From a virus, in IMG/VR virus record IMGVR_UViG_3300042465_007929, positions 32,001 to 96,000 of that record: a DNA stretch of 64,000 nucleotides; one strand, 5' to 3'. Made by a program: the position numbers and the translations under genes. Below, in pieces: positions 40,318 through 49,906 of this stretch. The notes beneath the pieces are model-generated. The model made no database searches, was not told the origin of the DNA, and worked only from the letters and a program-made list of their open reading frames with translations. Position 1 is the stretch's first letter, and each line of letters starts with the position of its first letter.

Positions 40318-40868
40318 TTTGTAAAATTCAACAGGAAAATGATGAACAAAGTTTAATAGAACTTATAAATCGTCATTCTGGGATTTATACTACTATGGTT
40401 GGAAGATTCGCTTCTGGAAAAACAACTATTTTAGATAAAGATTTAATAATGGAAGATAAAAACTTTACAATTTATTCATCTGCTTTGAAATTTGATGCTT
40501 CGAGAGAAACAAAATTTTCTACCTATTTAGCGAATGAAACAAAATGGAAATGTTTAAATACTATTAATAAATTAAAAAAAAGAAAAGAATCATATATCGA
40601 TGATGATTTAAATTTTATTGAACCATATTGCGAAGATTTTATAGGAGAAATAGACAAAGAGGAAGCTCTAGAAGGTTTCAGAAAGCTTTTAGAAGAAGAA
40701 ACCGACGAAAGAGTGAAAAAAATCATTGACATGCGCTATAATAGCGATAATAATAAACTCATTGCATGGAAAATCATTGCTGAAGAAATGAAAATGAGTA
40801 TTCAGGGATGCATTAACATTCACAATAAATTTATCAATAAACACAAAAAAGAAATAAATTATGTATAA
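40296..40868 (+). CDS. phage sigma-70 family sigma factor (regions 2 and 4)
   Basis: L..LI.RH.GI, KFD..RETKFSTYL...W, IIDMRY...IAEEMKMS HTH. Confidence 0.8.
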   Translation: MESDLSLICKIQQENDEQSLIELINRHSGIYTTMVGRFASGKTTILDKDLIMEDKNFTIYSSALKFDASRETKFSTYLANETKWKCLNTINKLKKRKESYIDDDLNFIEPYCEDFIGEIDKEEALEGFRKLLEEETDERVKKIIDMRYNSDNNKLIAWKIIAEEMKMSIQGCINIHNKFINKHKKEINYV

Positions 40869-41256
40869 CACAATAGTAACAGTATGCCATCTTGTATCTG
40901 ATCCAGAACTCAAGACAATTGGAAGTGACAAAAAGGTTTGCAAGATGCGTGTTTGCGTTTCTGGGCAAAATGCTAAAACCAAAAACTTCATTGATGTTGA
41001 AGCTTGGGATAGACAAGCAGAAGTTTGCTCACAGTACCTCAAGAAGGGGCGAGAAGTCCTTATTCAAGGAGAACTATGCATGGATACATGGGAAAAGGAC
41101 GGAAAGAAGGCTAGCAAGCATTTTATTCGTGCAAATACCATCCAATTCTTAGGCGGCAATGGAGGAGAAAAGAAGGATGGTCAACCTCAAGGAGATTCAA
41201 AACAACAAACAAACTCCAAGTCATCTTTTTCTAGCGAGGAAGATGTGCCATTTTAA
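40861..41256 (+). CDS. ssb: single-stranded DNA-binding protein
   Basis: LVSDPELK, FIDVEAW..QAE..YLKKG..V.I.G.L, acidic tail EEDVPF. Confidence 0.93.
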   Translation: MYNTIVTVCHLVSDPELKTIGSDKKVCKMRVCVSGQNAKTKNFIDVEAWDRQAEVCSQYLKKGREVLIQGELCMDTWEKDGKKASKHFIRANTIQFLGGNGGEKKDGQPQGDSKQQTNSKSSFSSEEDVPF

Positions 41257-41259
41257 TTT

Positions 41260-42342
41260 ATGAAATTATTAGTAGAAGCTCCACTTAACTCTTTAAGTCT
41301 TGGGAATGTTGCCGTAAATATTCTTAAAGAATTAAAGAATAAAAACGTTGAAGTGGGTCTATTTCCAGTTGGAAATGTAGATATCCAAGCTTATGATTTA
41401 AGTAAAGATTTTACTGATTTCCTTCAACAATCTATCGATAATAGATATAAATTTCTTAAAAAAGAAATTCCATCTTTTAGGCTTTGGCATCTCAATGGTT
41501 CTGAAAATAGAAAAACATCTCAACAGCATTTGTTTACATTTTATGAATGTAACCAGCCTACTGATACTGAATTAGCGCTGGCAAAATTACAAGATACTGT
41601 ATTTTTTAGTTCAAGATACTCTCAAGAACAATTTACTACAAAGGGTTGTGATAATTGTTATTATGTTCCTCTAGGTTTTGATAAAACGTTTTTTAATACC
41701 CAAAAGAAATATCTAAATGATGTTATCCATTTTGGATTAATGGGTAAATTTGAAAAACGCAAACATACTGGAAGAATTATTCAAGCGTGGGCGAAAAAAT
41801 ATGGAAACAACAATAAGTATCAACTTACTTGTTGTGTGACAAATCCATTCTTTAAACCTGAAGATATGCAAGCAGTAATTCAAGGAGTGCTTGAAGGGAA
41901 AAGATATACTAATATTAATTTTCTTCCATATCTACAGAAAAACTCAGAAGTTAATGAACTGCTTAATGCTATCGATATTGATCTTACAGGATTAAGCGGA
42001 GGTGAAGGATGGAATCTTCCTGCATTTAATGCTACCTGTCTTGGTAAATGGAGCGTAGTTCTTAATGCTACTTCACATAAAGATTGGGCTACTGCTGAAA
42101 ATAGTATTTTAATTGAACCAGAAGGAGAGTTCGAATGTTATGATCAAGTTTTCTTCCAAAAAGGAGCTGAGTTTAATCAGGGAACATTTTATGGTTGGTC
42201 AGAAGAATCAGCGATTGCAGCAATGGAATTAGCTGAAACTAAAGTAGGACAAATTAACACACTAGGACAAAAATTGGGCGACAATATGTCTTATTCCAAT
42301 ACTGTAGACGCTATTTTAGCTAGTATTTATAAGGGAAATTGA
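41260..42342 (+). CDS. GT4-like (GT-B) glycosyltransferase
   Basis: VPLGFD, GKFEKRK, SGGEGWNLPAF. Confidence 0.8.
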   Translation: MKLLVEAPLNSLSLGNVAVNILKELKNKNVEVGLFPVGNVDIQAYDLSKDFTDFLQQSIDNRYKFLKKEIPSFRLWHLNGSENRKTSQQHLFTFYECNQPTDTELALAKLQDTVFFSSRYSQEQFTTKGCDNCYYVPLGFDKTFFNTQKKYLNDVIHFGLMGKFEKRKHTGRIIQAWAKKYGNNNKYQLTCCVTNPFFKPEDMQAVIQGVLEGKRYTNINFLPYLQKNSEVNELLNAIDIDLTGLSGGEGWNLPAFNATCLGKWSVVLNATSHKDWATAENSILIEPEGEFECYDQVFFQKGAEFNQGTFYGWSEESAIAAMELAETKVGQINTLGQKLGDNMSYSNTVDAILASIYKGN

Positions 42343-42373
42343 TTTGCACGATAATTGCTAATATATAAAATAC

Positions 42374-42709
42374 ATGAGTACATTACTTGAACAACTAGTC
42401 GGATCAGCCTCTTATGGTTGTACTACAAAAATTAATCAACAAAATATCTCTATTAAAAATACCGAACAAGGATTTACTGCTGAAGTTATTCTTCCCGGAT
42501 TTTCAAAAAAAGATGTTTCCATTTTTGCTGATGATAAAATTTTAGAAATCAATGCAAAAAATAATGAAAGAGGAGATGATCAATTTAGAATTAAACTTAA
42601 TGGATTGGTTTCTATTAAAGATATTTCTTCTAAACTTGAAAATGGAATCTTAACGTTATCTCTACCGAAGATATCATCTAAAGACAAAGTATCTATTAGT
42701 GTTGGTTGA
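42374..42709 (+). CDS. Hsp20 small heat shock protein
   Basis: LPGFSKKDVSI and LENGILTLSLPK. Confidence 0.9.
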   Translation: MSTLLEQLVGSASYGCTTKINQQNISIKNTEQGFTAEVILPGFSKKDVSIFADDKILEINAKNNERGDDQFRIKLNGLVSIKDISSKLENGILTLSLPKISSKDKVSISVG

Positions 42710-42713
42710 TTTT

Positions 42714-42744
42714 AAAAGGGAGGTTGAAAAACCTCCCTTTTTTT
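42714..42744 (+). terminator. intrinsic terminator
   Basis: AAAAGGGAGGTT-GAAA-AACCTCCC followed by T7. Confidence 0.85.
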
Positions 42745-42756
42745 ATATAAAATATT

Positions 42757-43155
42757 ATGCCTCTATATACTTATTTCAGAGAATCTACAGAAGAGTTTAT
42801 TGATATCATGCAAGGAATGAATGATATTCATTTATACTCTGGAGAGTGTGGAACACAAGAAGATTGGAAAAGGGTGTTTTACTCTCCACAGATGGCTATG
42901 GATACTCAGATAGATCCATTCAGCTCAAAGCAGTTCAATGACCGCACAAGAGATAAGAAAGGCACTGTTGGGCATCTCTTAGACTATAGCGCTGAAATGA
43001 GCGATAAAAGAGCATCGCAAGCTGGAGGTATTGATCCAGTTAAACAAAAGTATTTTGAAAATTATTCAAAAGAGCGTATGGGAGCAAAACACCAGCTTGA
43101 AAAACAATCTTTTGAGGGCAAAAATTTTAAAGTAAATTATAATCAAAAAAATTAA
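42757..43155 (+). CDS. FmdB-like protein lacking zinc-ribbon cysteines
   Basis: MPLYTY start and KRVFYSP; no CxxC pairs. Confidence 0.55.
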   Translation: MPLYTYFRESTEEFIDIMQGMNDIHLYSGECGTQEDWKRVFYSPQMAMDTQIDPFSSKQFNDRTRDKKGTVGHLLDYSAEMSDKRASQAGGIDPVKQKYFENYSKERMGAKHQLEKQSFEGKNFKVNYNQKN

Positions 43156-45731
43156 AAAGAAGATAAGAATATTCTACCCCATCCAGATCCATTTATTCCA
43201 GTGCAAATATAAAGACCGCTTCCACTTACGGCTAATTGACCATAAGATCCAGATTGATTAGATAATCCGCTAAATCTTGGTAAAGTTACATATACGCCGC
43301 TAATATAATCTAATGATAAGGTATTTGAACCTTTTGAATTATGATCTCTATCTTGATAATCTGCAAATACAGCAGCTCCTGAATGACCAGATTCAATATT
43401 CACTCTACTTCCAATTCCAAAAGAATAAGATGAATTTATATTTCCAGAGATTCCATTAATTAATATAGAATAATCTCCAGAAATTATATTATTATTTCCT
43501 CCTATTATTTTTGATCTTGTTCCAGTAATTGAATTATTGGTTCCATTAAGGATTGTATTATAAGATCCAGAAATATTATTATTTAGCCCATTACCAATGA
43601 AAGAGCATAATCCAGAAGCTTTATTAGCGTTCCCATTGATTATGGTTGAATAACTTGAAATTGACTGATTACTTGAACCATTACTAATGAAAGAATATAT
43701 TCCAGAAGCCTTATTCAAGTTTCCATTAACTACTGTTGAATAACTACCAGTAGTTGAATTAGAATTGCCTTCTCCAATAAAATTATATTGACCATAACAT
43801 ACGTTATTTTGCCCTCCCCCAACAAAACTTAAACTTGCATTTTGCCAAATGTAATTGGTAGCTCCTCCTGCTATTGTTGAATTAGTTGCTTTATATATTT
43901 GGCTATTAGAACCGCCAATAATTGATGAATAATTAGTGGAATCTAATATTTTATTATTAAATCCTCCACCAATAAATGCAGAATCACCACCAGATATTTG
44001 ATTAGATTTTCCACCAACAATTGTTATATGGTCTCCAGAAAACCCAGAATTAGAAAACCCACCACCTATAGTTGCGAAAGATATTGTAGTACTATTTCCA
44101 GTTGGAGCTAAAATTCCATTAGAAGAGCCTCCCCCAATCGAACAACATGATGCATTGGTTTCTAAACTTCCAAAAATAGAATTATTTAATCCTGCAACTA
44201 TGTTCGACTTTGTTGCTCTAACTGTATTAGTGTCTCCCCCTAAAATACTTGAATATGATCCTTGTATTTTGTTTAAATACCCAGCACCTATTGTTGAATA
44301 AGCACCACTAGTAGAATTAGTGCTTCCACCTAGTATTGCTGAATAAATAATATTTTGAGAAGCTCCAGTTATTGAATTGCTAAATCCACCCGCGATAACA
44401 GCATCATCTCCAAATAATTTATTTCTATGTCCAGCCCCGATAAAAGATCTTTGCGCCCCTGAAATACTATTTTCAGCTCCTCCTATTATTGTAGAATAAG
44501 TTGATACTCCGCTATATTTATTCAAAGAGCCTACATAAATTTTTCCAGAAATTTGACAATCACCATTTATATTAACGCCTGTTAAATATGTTTTTATTCC
44601 TGAAATATTTTGGTTTCCAGTATTGAAAACACACATTCCAGATAAATCTAGTAACAAAGATCCAGTTGATAATAAATTATTATTTAAAGCTAGTCCAGAA
44701 CCACTAATAGTTGGTATGAATTCAAAACTTTTTAATCCAGATATTAATTGAGTTCCTGTTGTGTATACAACTGTAGACGGTAATTGGTTTGATGATAAGC
44801 TAAGAGAGTCTCCACTAATTAAAAATCCCGTTCCATTAAGAGTGGGTCTAGAATAGAAATTTTTAATTCCTGAAATATTTTGATCTCCAGTATTTATTAT
44901 AAAATTTGCATTTCCTAATTTTGGATTTTTTTCAAATGTTGTCGCTCCACTAATAAATGTTCCATTAAGATAATTAATAGTTAAAGTGTTTGATCCATTA
45001 GAATATTTATAATTGGCACTAGTACCATCTCCAAATACTGCTGCTCCTAAATCGCCAGAATATATTACGCATCTCTGACCTAACGCCACTGATCCATCAG
45101 AACGAGCTTGGTTTTGATAACCAGCCCCTACGAAAGAGCATACTCCAGAAGCTACATTCTCATCTCCTCCAGCAATAAATGATCTTGTTCCTAATGCTTT
45201 ATTATTTAAACCACCAACAATTGATGATTGATAACCAGTTACTTGATTATTTTGACCACCCCCAATAAAAGAATAATCCGAATTTAATGATATTTTATTA
45301 TTATCTCCACCTACAATCGATACTCCAAATCCAGATCCAGTATTATATTGTCCTCCCCCAATAAATGATGAATTATTTGTTAATCTATTCGCAAGACCAC
45401 CACCAATAGCGGAAAATGAATTTGTATAATTTGAAGAACCTCCACCAATAAATGAATTACCACCTCTTGTCGAATTTAAATATCCACCTACAATTATTGA
45501 ATTTTGTCCGCTTAAAGAATTATTTTGACCACCACCAACAAAAGAATTGTCGCCAGTTATTGAATTATTTAAACCTCCCCCAATAAAAGATAAATTAGAA
45601 GAGGCATTATTACTTACAGCTCCAAAAGAAATAGCATTTACATCGTTTCCATTTCCAAGAGTAACATGACTACCAGAAAGATTTAAAAGATATTGATAGG
45701 TTAAATTAACTGTATTTGGTCCTAAATTCAT
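43152..45731 (-). CDS. tail fibre/adhesin with Gly-rich beta-roll repeats
   Basis: Dozens of S-[FT]-I-G-G-G-x-x-N units; three TG.Q.ISG.K shaft repeats. Confidence 0.8.
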   Translation of the reverse strand: MNLGPNTVNLTYQYLLNLSGSHVTLGNGNDVNAISFGAVSNNASSNLSFIGGGLNNSITGDNSFVGGGQNNSLSGQNSIIVGGYLNSTRGGNSFIGGGSSNYTNSFSAIGGGLANRLTNNSSFIGGGQYNTGSGFGVSIVGGDNNKISLNSDYSFIGGGQNNQVTGYQSSIVGGLNNKALGTRSFIAGGDENVASGVCSFVGAGYQNQARSDGSVALGQRCVIYSGDLGAAVFGDGTSANYKYSNGSNTLTINYLNGTFISGATTFEKNPKLGNANFIINTGDQNISGIKNFYSRPTLNGTGFLISGDSLSLSSNQLPSTVVYTTGTQLISGLKSFEFIPTISGSGLALNNNLLSTGSLLLDLSGMCVFNTGNQNISGIKTYLTGVNINGDCQISGKIYVGSLNKYSGVSTYSTIIGGAENSISGAQRSFIGAGHRNKLFGDDAVIAGGFSNSITGASQNIIYSAILGGSTNSTSGAYSTIGAGYLNKIQGSYSSILGGDTNTVRATKSNIVAGLNNSIFGSLETNASCCSIGGGSSNGILAPTGNSTTISFATIGGGFSNSGFSGDHITIVGGKSNQISGGDSAFIGGGFNNKILDSTNYSSIIGGSNSQIYKATNSTIAGGATNYIWQNASLSFVGGGQNNVCYGQYNFIGEGNSNSTTGSYSTVVNGNLNKASGIYSFISNGSSNQSISSYSTIINGNANKASGLCSFIGNGLNNNISGSYNTILNGTNNSITGTRSKIIGGNNNIISGDYSILINGISGNINSSYSFGIGSRVNIESGHSGAAVFADYQDRDHNSKGSNTLSLDYISGVYVTLPRFSGLSNQSGSYGQLAVSGSGLYICTGINGSGWGRIFLSSF

Positions 45732-45743
45732 AATCTATAATTT

Positions 45744-47405
45744 TTACACTAAATTCCAAGCTATATTTAAGTTATTCCATAAATCATAAATATCATTCCA
45801 TTTATCAGCGTAAATAGTTTTTCTATTGATATAAAAACCTTTTTTATCTGTAATTTCCACATTAAACGATGCTTGAAATTTCATAATATTATTTATCGTT
45901 AATGAGTAATTAAAATTTTCTAATTTAGCATTTTCAAATTTATATTTTGATGTAGTATATTTTTGTTGATCAGAGCATGATACAATAAAATTGTATCCAG
46001 ATTCATTTGTAAATAATTTATTTATTTCTCCAGCATTAAATCCAGATACTAAAGATTCTATTGTTACGTTTGCATTAATTGGATATTGGAGTTTTCTATT
46101 AAAAATATAATTACTTCCTAATCCATATAAATCAACTCGATCAAAATTTATTGATAACCCAAATGATTGAAGAATAGGTTGAGATCCAGAAGATAATGCG
46201 ACTCCACCAACTTGTAAATCTTCCAAAGTAAATATACTATTATTAGATAAAGATACAGGCGGATTAAACTCTGTTCTATTATTTAAATCTCCACTTATAT
46301 ATCCAGAAACTAAACCAGAGTAATAAGAAGGCAAATCAAAAAATCCAGAAGTATTTATCGATCCATTTTGATTTATTGACGGTGTTGATACATCTAAATT
46401 ATTATTCAAATTATCAAATTTCATATTTGAACATGAATATTTAACAGAAACAATAGGTATTGCATTATTTGAAAAATTTAATGAATAATTCTTTAAATAA
46501 GAATCTCCAAATGATAAAACATCAAAACCAGAAAAACTACTTGGTAAAGATCCTTGTTTTTTTACTAAATCAAGTCCATCTCTACCGTCTTTATTATCTA
46601 TTACTAAATAAAAATTATTTTTTATTTTTTTTAAATCTGCAAAAGCATTTTCTTCTAAAGTGTTTTCGCCTTTAAACCCCATTAATAGTTCATTATTTAA
46701 ATAAGGACTTAAATAATAATCAAAAGAAAGATCTACATTAGGGGCTTTTATTAAATTATTAATACAATAATCTTGAGATCCTATTTGTCGTAATTTTTGT
46801 CTATCATTTTCAATTGAAAAATTACAATTTTGCACTAAAGAAAATAATCTTGGTTTTTCAAGATACTCAGAAACGGTTAAAGATGAATTTGTTGTTTTAA
46901 TATATCTCGTTGGCGATGTACCAGATTCAACTTGAGCGCCCCATGCATAAAAACTAAAAGGGCTTGCACCCGCTATTCCTCTTTGTATTTGAGGATAAAT
47001 ACTACCAATAGGTCTGTTGGCCCATACTTTAAAAAATCTTTTCCACTCTGTTGTAACATCACATCTTTGTTCCGCACTATTAAATCCTATATATATAATT
47101 TGTGGAGAGTCAGCTCTTAACCAAATAGAAAAAACATAATTCCCAGCGGTTGAAATAGATCTTCCTTGTTGTTCAACTCTACTATTAGCACTAACTCCAA
47201 AAGTTATTTTTTCGGCAGTTTGTGTATTAAATGGGCCATTAACATTTGTCTCTGTAATAGTAGGCCGATTATCTCCTAATAGAGTCCAATTATTGAATGA
47301 TTCACTATCAAAAAGAATGTTTGTCCTCTGTCTAGTTGTTGATCTATCTAGAGGATTAGTAATGCAAACAAATGCTGAATCGCTTTTAATTATTTGTCTT
47401 TTCAT
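45744..47405 (-). CDS. tail tube protein paralogue with CBM-like insert
   Basis: Motifs match 61388-62584 (VQ..N...RQ...Q.G; YL.NYS..F...AIP.VS; R..L..LGS...P); insert 46890-47321. Confidence 0.7.
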   Translation of the reverse strand: MKRQIIKSDSAFVCITNPLDRSTTRQRTNILFDSESFNNWTLLGDNRPTITETNVNGPFNTQTAEKITFGVSANSRVEQQGRSISTAGNYVFSIWLRADSPQIIYIGFNSAEQRCDVTTEWKRFFKVWANRPIGSIYPQIQRGIAGASPFSFYAWGAQVESGTSPTRYIKTTNSSLTVSEYLEKPRLFSLVQNCNFSIENDRQKLRQIGSQDYCINNLIKAPNVDLSFDYYLSPYLNNELLMGFKGENTLEENAFADLKKIKNNFYLVIDNKDGRDGLDLVKKQGSLPSSFSGFDVLSFGDSYLKNYSLNFSNNAIPIVSVKYSCSNMKFDNLNNNLDVSTPSINQNGSINTSGFFDLPSYYSGLVSGYISGDLNNRTEFNPPVSLSNNSIFTLEDLQVGGVALSSGSQPILQSFGLSINFDRVDLYGLGSNYIFNRKLQYPINANVTIESLVSGFNAGEINKLFTNESGYNFIVSCSDQQKYTTSKYKFENAKLENFNYSLTINNIMKFQASFNVEITDKKGFYINRKTIYADKWNDIYDLWNNLNIAWNLV

Positions 47406-48721
47406 TATGTATTTCTTGGTATAACTCCCATTGTATCTTCGATTAAAGAGACTTCTAAATCGTTACTATTATGATATTTCCAAGTGTGCGTCCACTGTGG
47501 ACATGTAAAAAGCTTTGGTCTATTATATACAGATGGTATTTGATGCCTGAATCTTCTATAACCAGCTTTATTTTCTAAAAAATGAAGCATACACGTTAAT
47601 TGTTTGTTGCTTATATTCGAAAATTTATAGTTTAAATCTATCGGAGCGATATTATTTTTAGTTTTAATTCTAAGAGGGAATGAATTTTTAAATTCGAGTT
47701 TTTTTACATTTAATTTTACATCATTCTGTAATCCAACATCTGGTTGAAAAAAGAACTCTTGACTCCATTCTGGACCTTCAATCATCTCTAATATATAACC
47801 ACCAATAGAAGCATGGCTTTCTGGAAGATCATTCCATTTATTTGCCGCCGGACCCATATTTTGAACATAAATTGATGCATAGTCTTCACCATTAGAATCA
47901 TTTGGTTCTCCATTATTCCAATTTGAATACGAATCAAATACTCTTGATCCATCTATCCACCTCCAATCTCCTTCAAAATCTTTATCTGTAGCTCCAATCC
48001 ATAAACAATTAAAAGCATTTCCAGTGTATTGTGGGGCTTTATTATTTTTTTCTTCAGTATTTAAAACAGCCAATCTCCCACCTCTTCTTTCGGCATCATC
48101 TCTAGCTTGAGTCCAACTAAAATTTCCAGTTATTATTTGAAAAACATTTTCACTAGAATTTAAAACATTTAAATTATCTTTCTTGCAATACCAAAAATTA
48201 TTTAATTTATTTTTATTTCCATCTATATAAACTATATCATATTTTTTATATTGAACGCCTAATTCATAATTTTGAAAATTATAATTTAAAAAATTCATAT
48301 TAGACCAATTTAGTATAGTTGGCGATTGATCAATAGCTATATTTACAGCGAACTCATATCTATCATCATTAATATGATTAATTGCGTAATTATCAGAAAA
48401 TCCTAATAAATTTCTATAAACATTAAAATTATCTGGGACAAACTCAAATGAAATAATAGCACTTCTCGCTTCAAAGAAATTAACTAATCTTTGTGCATCG
48501 ATTTCATTAACATCATATTTTATATCAAATGAAGCTCTTAAATTATTAATAGAAGATGGTATAGTATTAAAATAAGAATCATCCGTCTCGTATGAAATGT
48601 TATTAGAAGAAAATTGAACTTTAGATCCATAAGAAGGAGTTAAATTAAATTCCGAAAGATTTTGCGGAGATATAAATCCAGATAAATTAACATCTCTATT
48701 ATAAAAAAGATCTTCACTCAT
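47405..48721 (-). CDS. gpM/distal-tail-like protein with C-type lectin insert
   Basis: Two gpM-like halves (PSYG..V...FFEAR...F.F; HFLENKAG...F...C..W); CTL at 47786-48142. Confidence 0.7.
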   Translation of the reverse strand: MSEDLFYNRDVNLSGFISPQNLSEFNLTPSYGSKVQFSSNNISYETDDSYFNTIPSSINNLRASFDIKYDVNEIDAQRLVNFFEARSAIISFEFVPDNFNVYRNLLGFSDNYAINHINDDRYEFAVNIAIDQSPTILNWSNMNFLNYNFQNYELGVQYKKYDIVYIDGNKNKLNNFWYCKKDNLNVLNSSENVFQIITGNFSWTQARDDAERRGGRLAVLNTEEKNNKAPQYTGNAFNCLWIGATDKDFEGDWRWIDGSRVFDSYSNWNNGEPNDSNGEDYASIYVQNMGPAANKWNDLPESHASIGGYILEMIEGPEWSQEFFFQPDVGLQNDVKLNVKKLEFKNSFPLRIKTKNNIAPIDLNYKFSNISNKQLTCMLHFLENKAGYRRFRHQIPSVYNRPKLFTCPQWTHTWKYHNSNDLEVSLIEDTMGVIPRNT

Positions 48722-49905
48722 AAATGTCCGTTATAGTTAAGTGTTAATTTTAAAACTCCATCAGCAGAACTTGATAATTCTTGACTAATTAGACTTGCTT
48801 TTGGTATATTGATTGATTGTAGTATGTTACCAGTTCTTCCCGCTATTGATATATTAATATTTTTGTCTTCTTTAGAATAAATAAAATTAGAAGAACTAGA
48901 GATTAAATCTTCATCAAGTTCTATTTGAACTGAAGCCGAATACTCTATTGGAGGCAGTGTTTCTACGCGAATTGGCCCTAATTTTCTTTTTGCATTTAAA
49001 TCATAAAAATATCCAATCCCATAAATTGGTTTTCTATTGATTTTTAAAGAATAATCAAATCCAACAACTCTATTTGTTGAACTATAATCACAATTTATAG
49101 TTATAGATCCTTGATTTGGTACAAAAATTGGAGGAGGAGTACTCGATGGATACTCTATAATATAACCAGATGTAGTTTTCTGCCATAAATCACTTGCATC
49201 ATCCCATTTTCCATTACTATACCTTTGTAAATAATTTTGATCTCCAAATGTATTACTTGGTTCCGCATCATCCCAATTTGAATAGTTTCCATTGTAATTA
49301 GATCCACCACTAAAAAAAATAGTTTCATCTATCCACTTCCAAACTCCTTCTTCACTAACATCTGAGCCTCCAATCCACATACTTTGGCTATAAGGTGGAA
49401 CATTATCATTTTTTTCTTCAGTATTTAAAACAGCCAATCTCCCTCCTCTTTTTTGGGCATCTATTACCGCCTCATCCCAAGTATAAGAACCATAAATTAA
49501 TTGAAATCCAGAATTTAATAATAAATCTTCACTATTTATATCTCCAAATACTGAAAAATTACAAGTTACTTTAGGAACAGACCCAACAGCACAATTCACC
49601 ATGTATTCAGTAAGATATGCATTTTCAAATGTATAGTACTTATCATTATTTTCACCATACATTATGCTCCCATAAATTTTTGAAACTCCAGTATAATTAA
49701 GTATAGGATCTCTATATATCAGATTTCTAGAAATAGATACTGTTTTTTTAGTGTCTCCTTCTTGGGATGTTATTCCTTTTGAATAGCCAAGAGGCTTTAA
49801 TATTTTTAATTCTTGGTTATATGAAATATTGATAGAATCAATACCCAATATTTCTTGATTATTGATTAAAACTTTGGAATTATAATTTAAATTAGCATCA
49901 AACAT
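48718..49905 (-). CDS. tail tube-fold protein with C-type lectin insert
   Basis: YLTEYMVNCAVGSVPKV and RKPIYGIG...P match the tube protein; CTL at 49153-49506; lies right after the TMP. Confidence 0.65.
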   Translation of the reverse strand: MFDANLNYNSKVLINNQEILGIDSINISYNQELKILKPLGYSKGITSQEGDTKKTVSISRNLIYRDPILNYTGVSKIYGSIMYGENNDKYYTFENAYLTEYMVNCAVGSVPKVTCNFSVFGDINSEDLLLNSGFQLIYGSYTWDEAVIDAQKRGGRLAVLNTEEKNDNVPPYSQSMWIGGSDVSEEGVWKWIDETIFFSGGSNYNGNYSNWDDAEPSNTFGDQNYLQRYSNGKWDDASDLWQKTTSGYIIEYPSSTPPPIFVPNQGSITINCDYSSTNRVVGFDYSLKINRKPIYGIGYFYDLNAKRKLGPIRVETLPPIEYSASVQIELDEDLISSSSNFIYSKEDKNINISIAGRTGNILQSINIPKASLISQELSSSADGVLKLTLNYNGHL

Positions 49906-49906
49906 T

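Noticed and set aside
2799-49506. Diversity-generating retroelement (lectin targets plus repeated sequence)
   Set aside because: No reverse transcriptase in the window, all three copies are coding, and their differences are not restricted to adenines.
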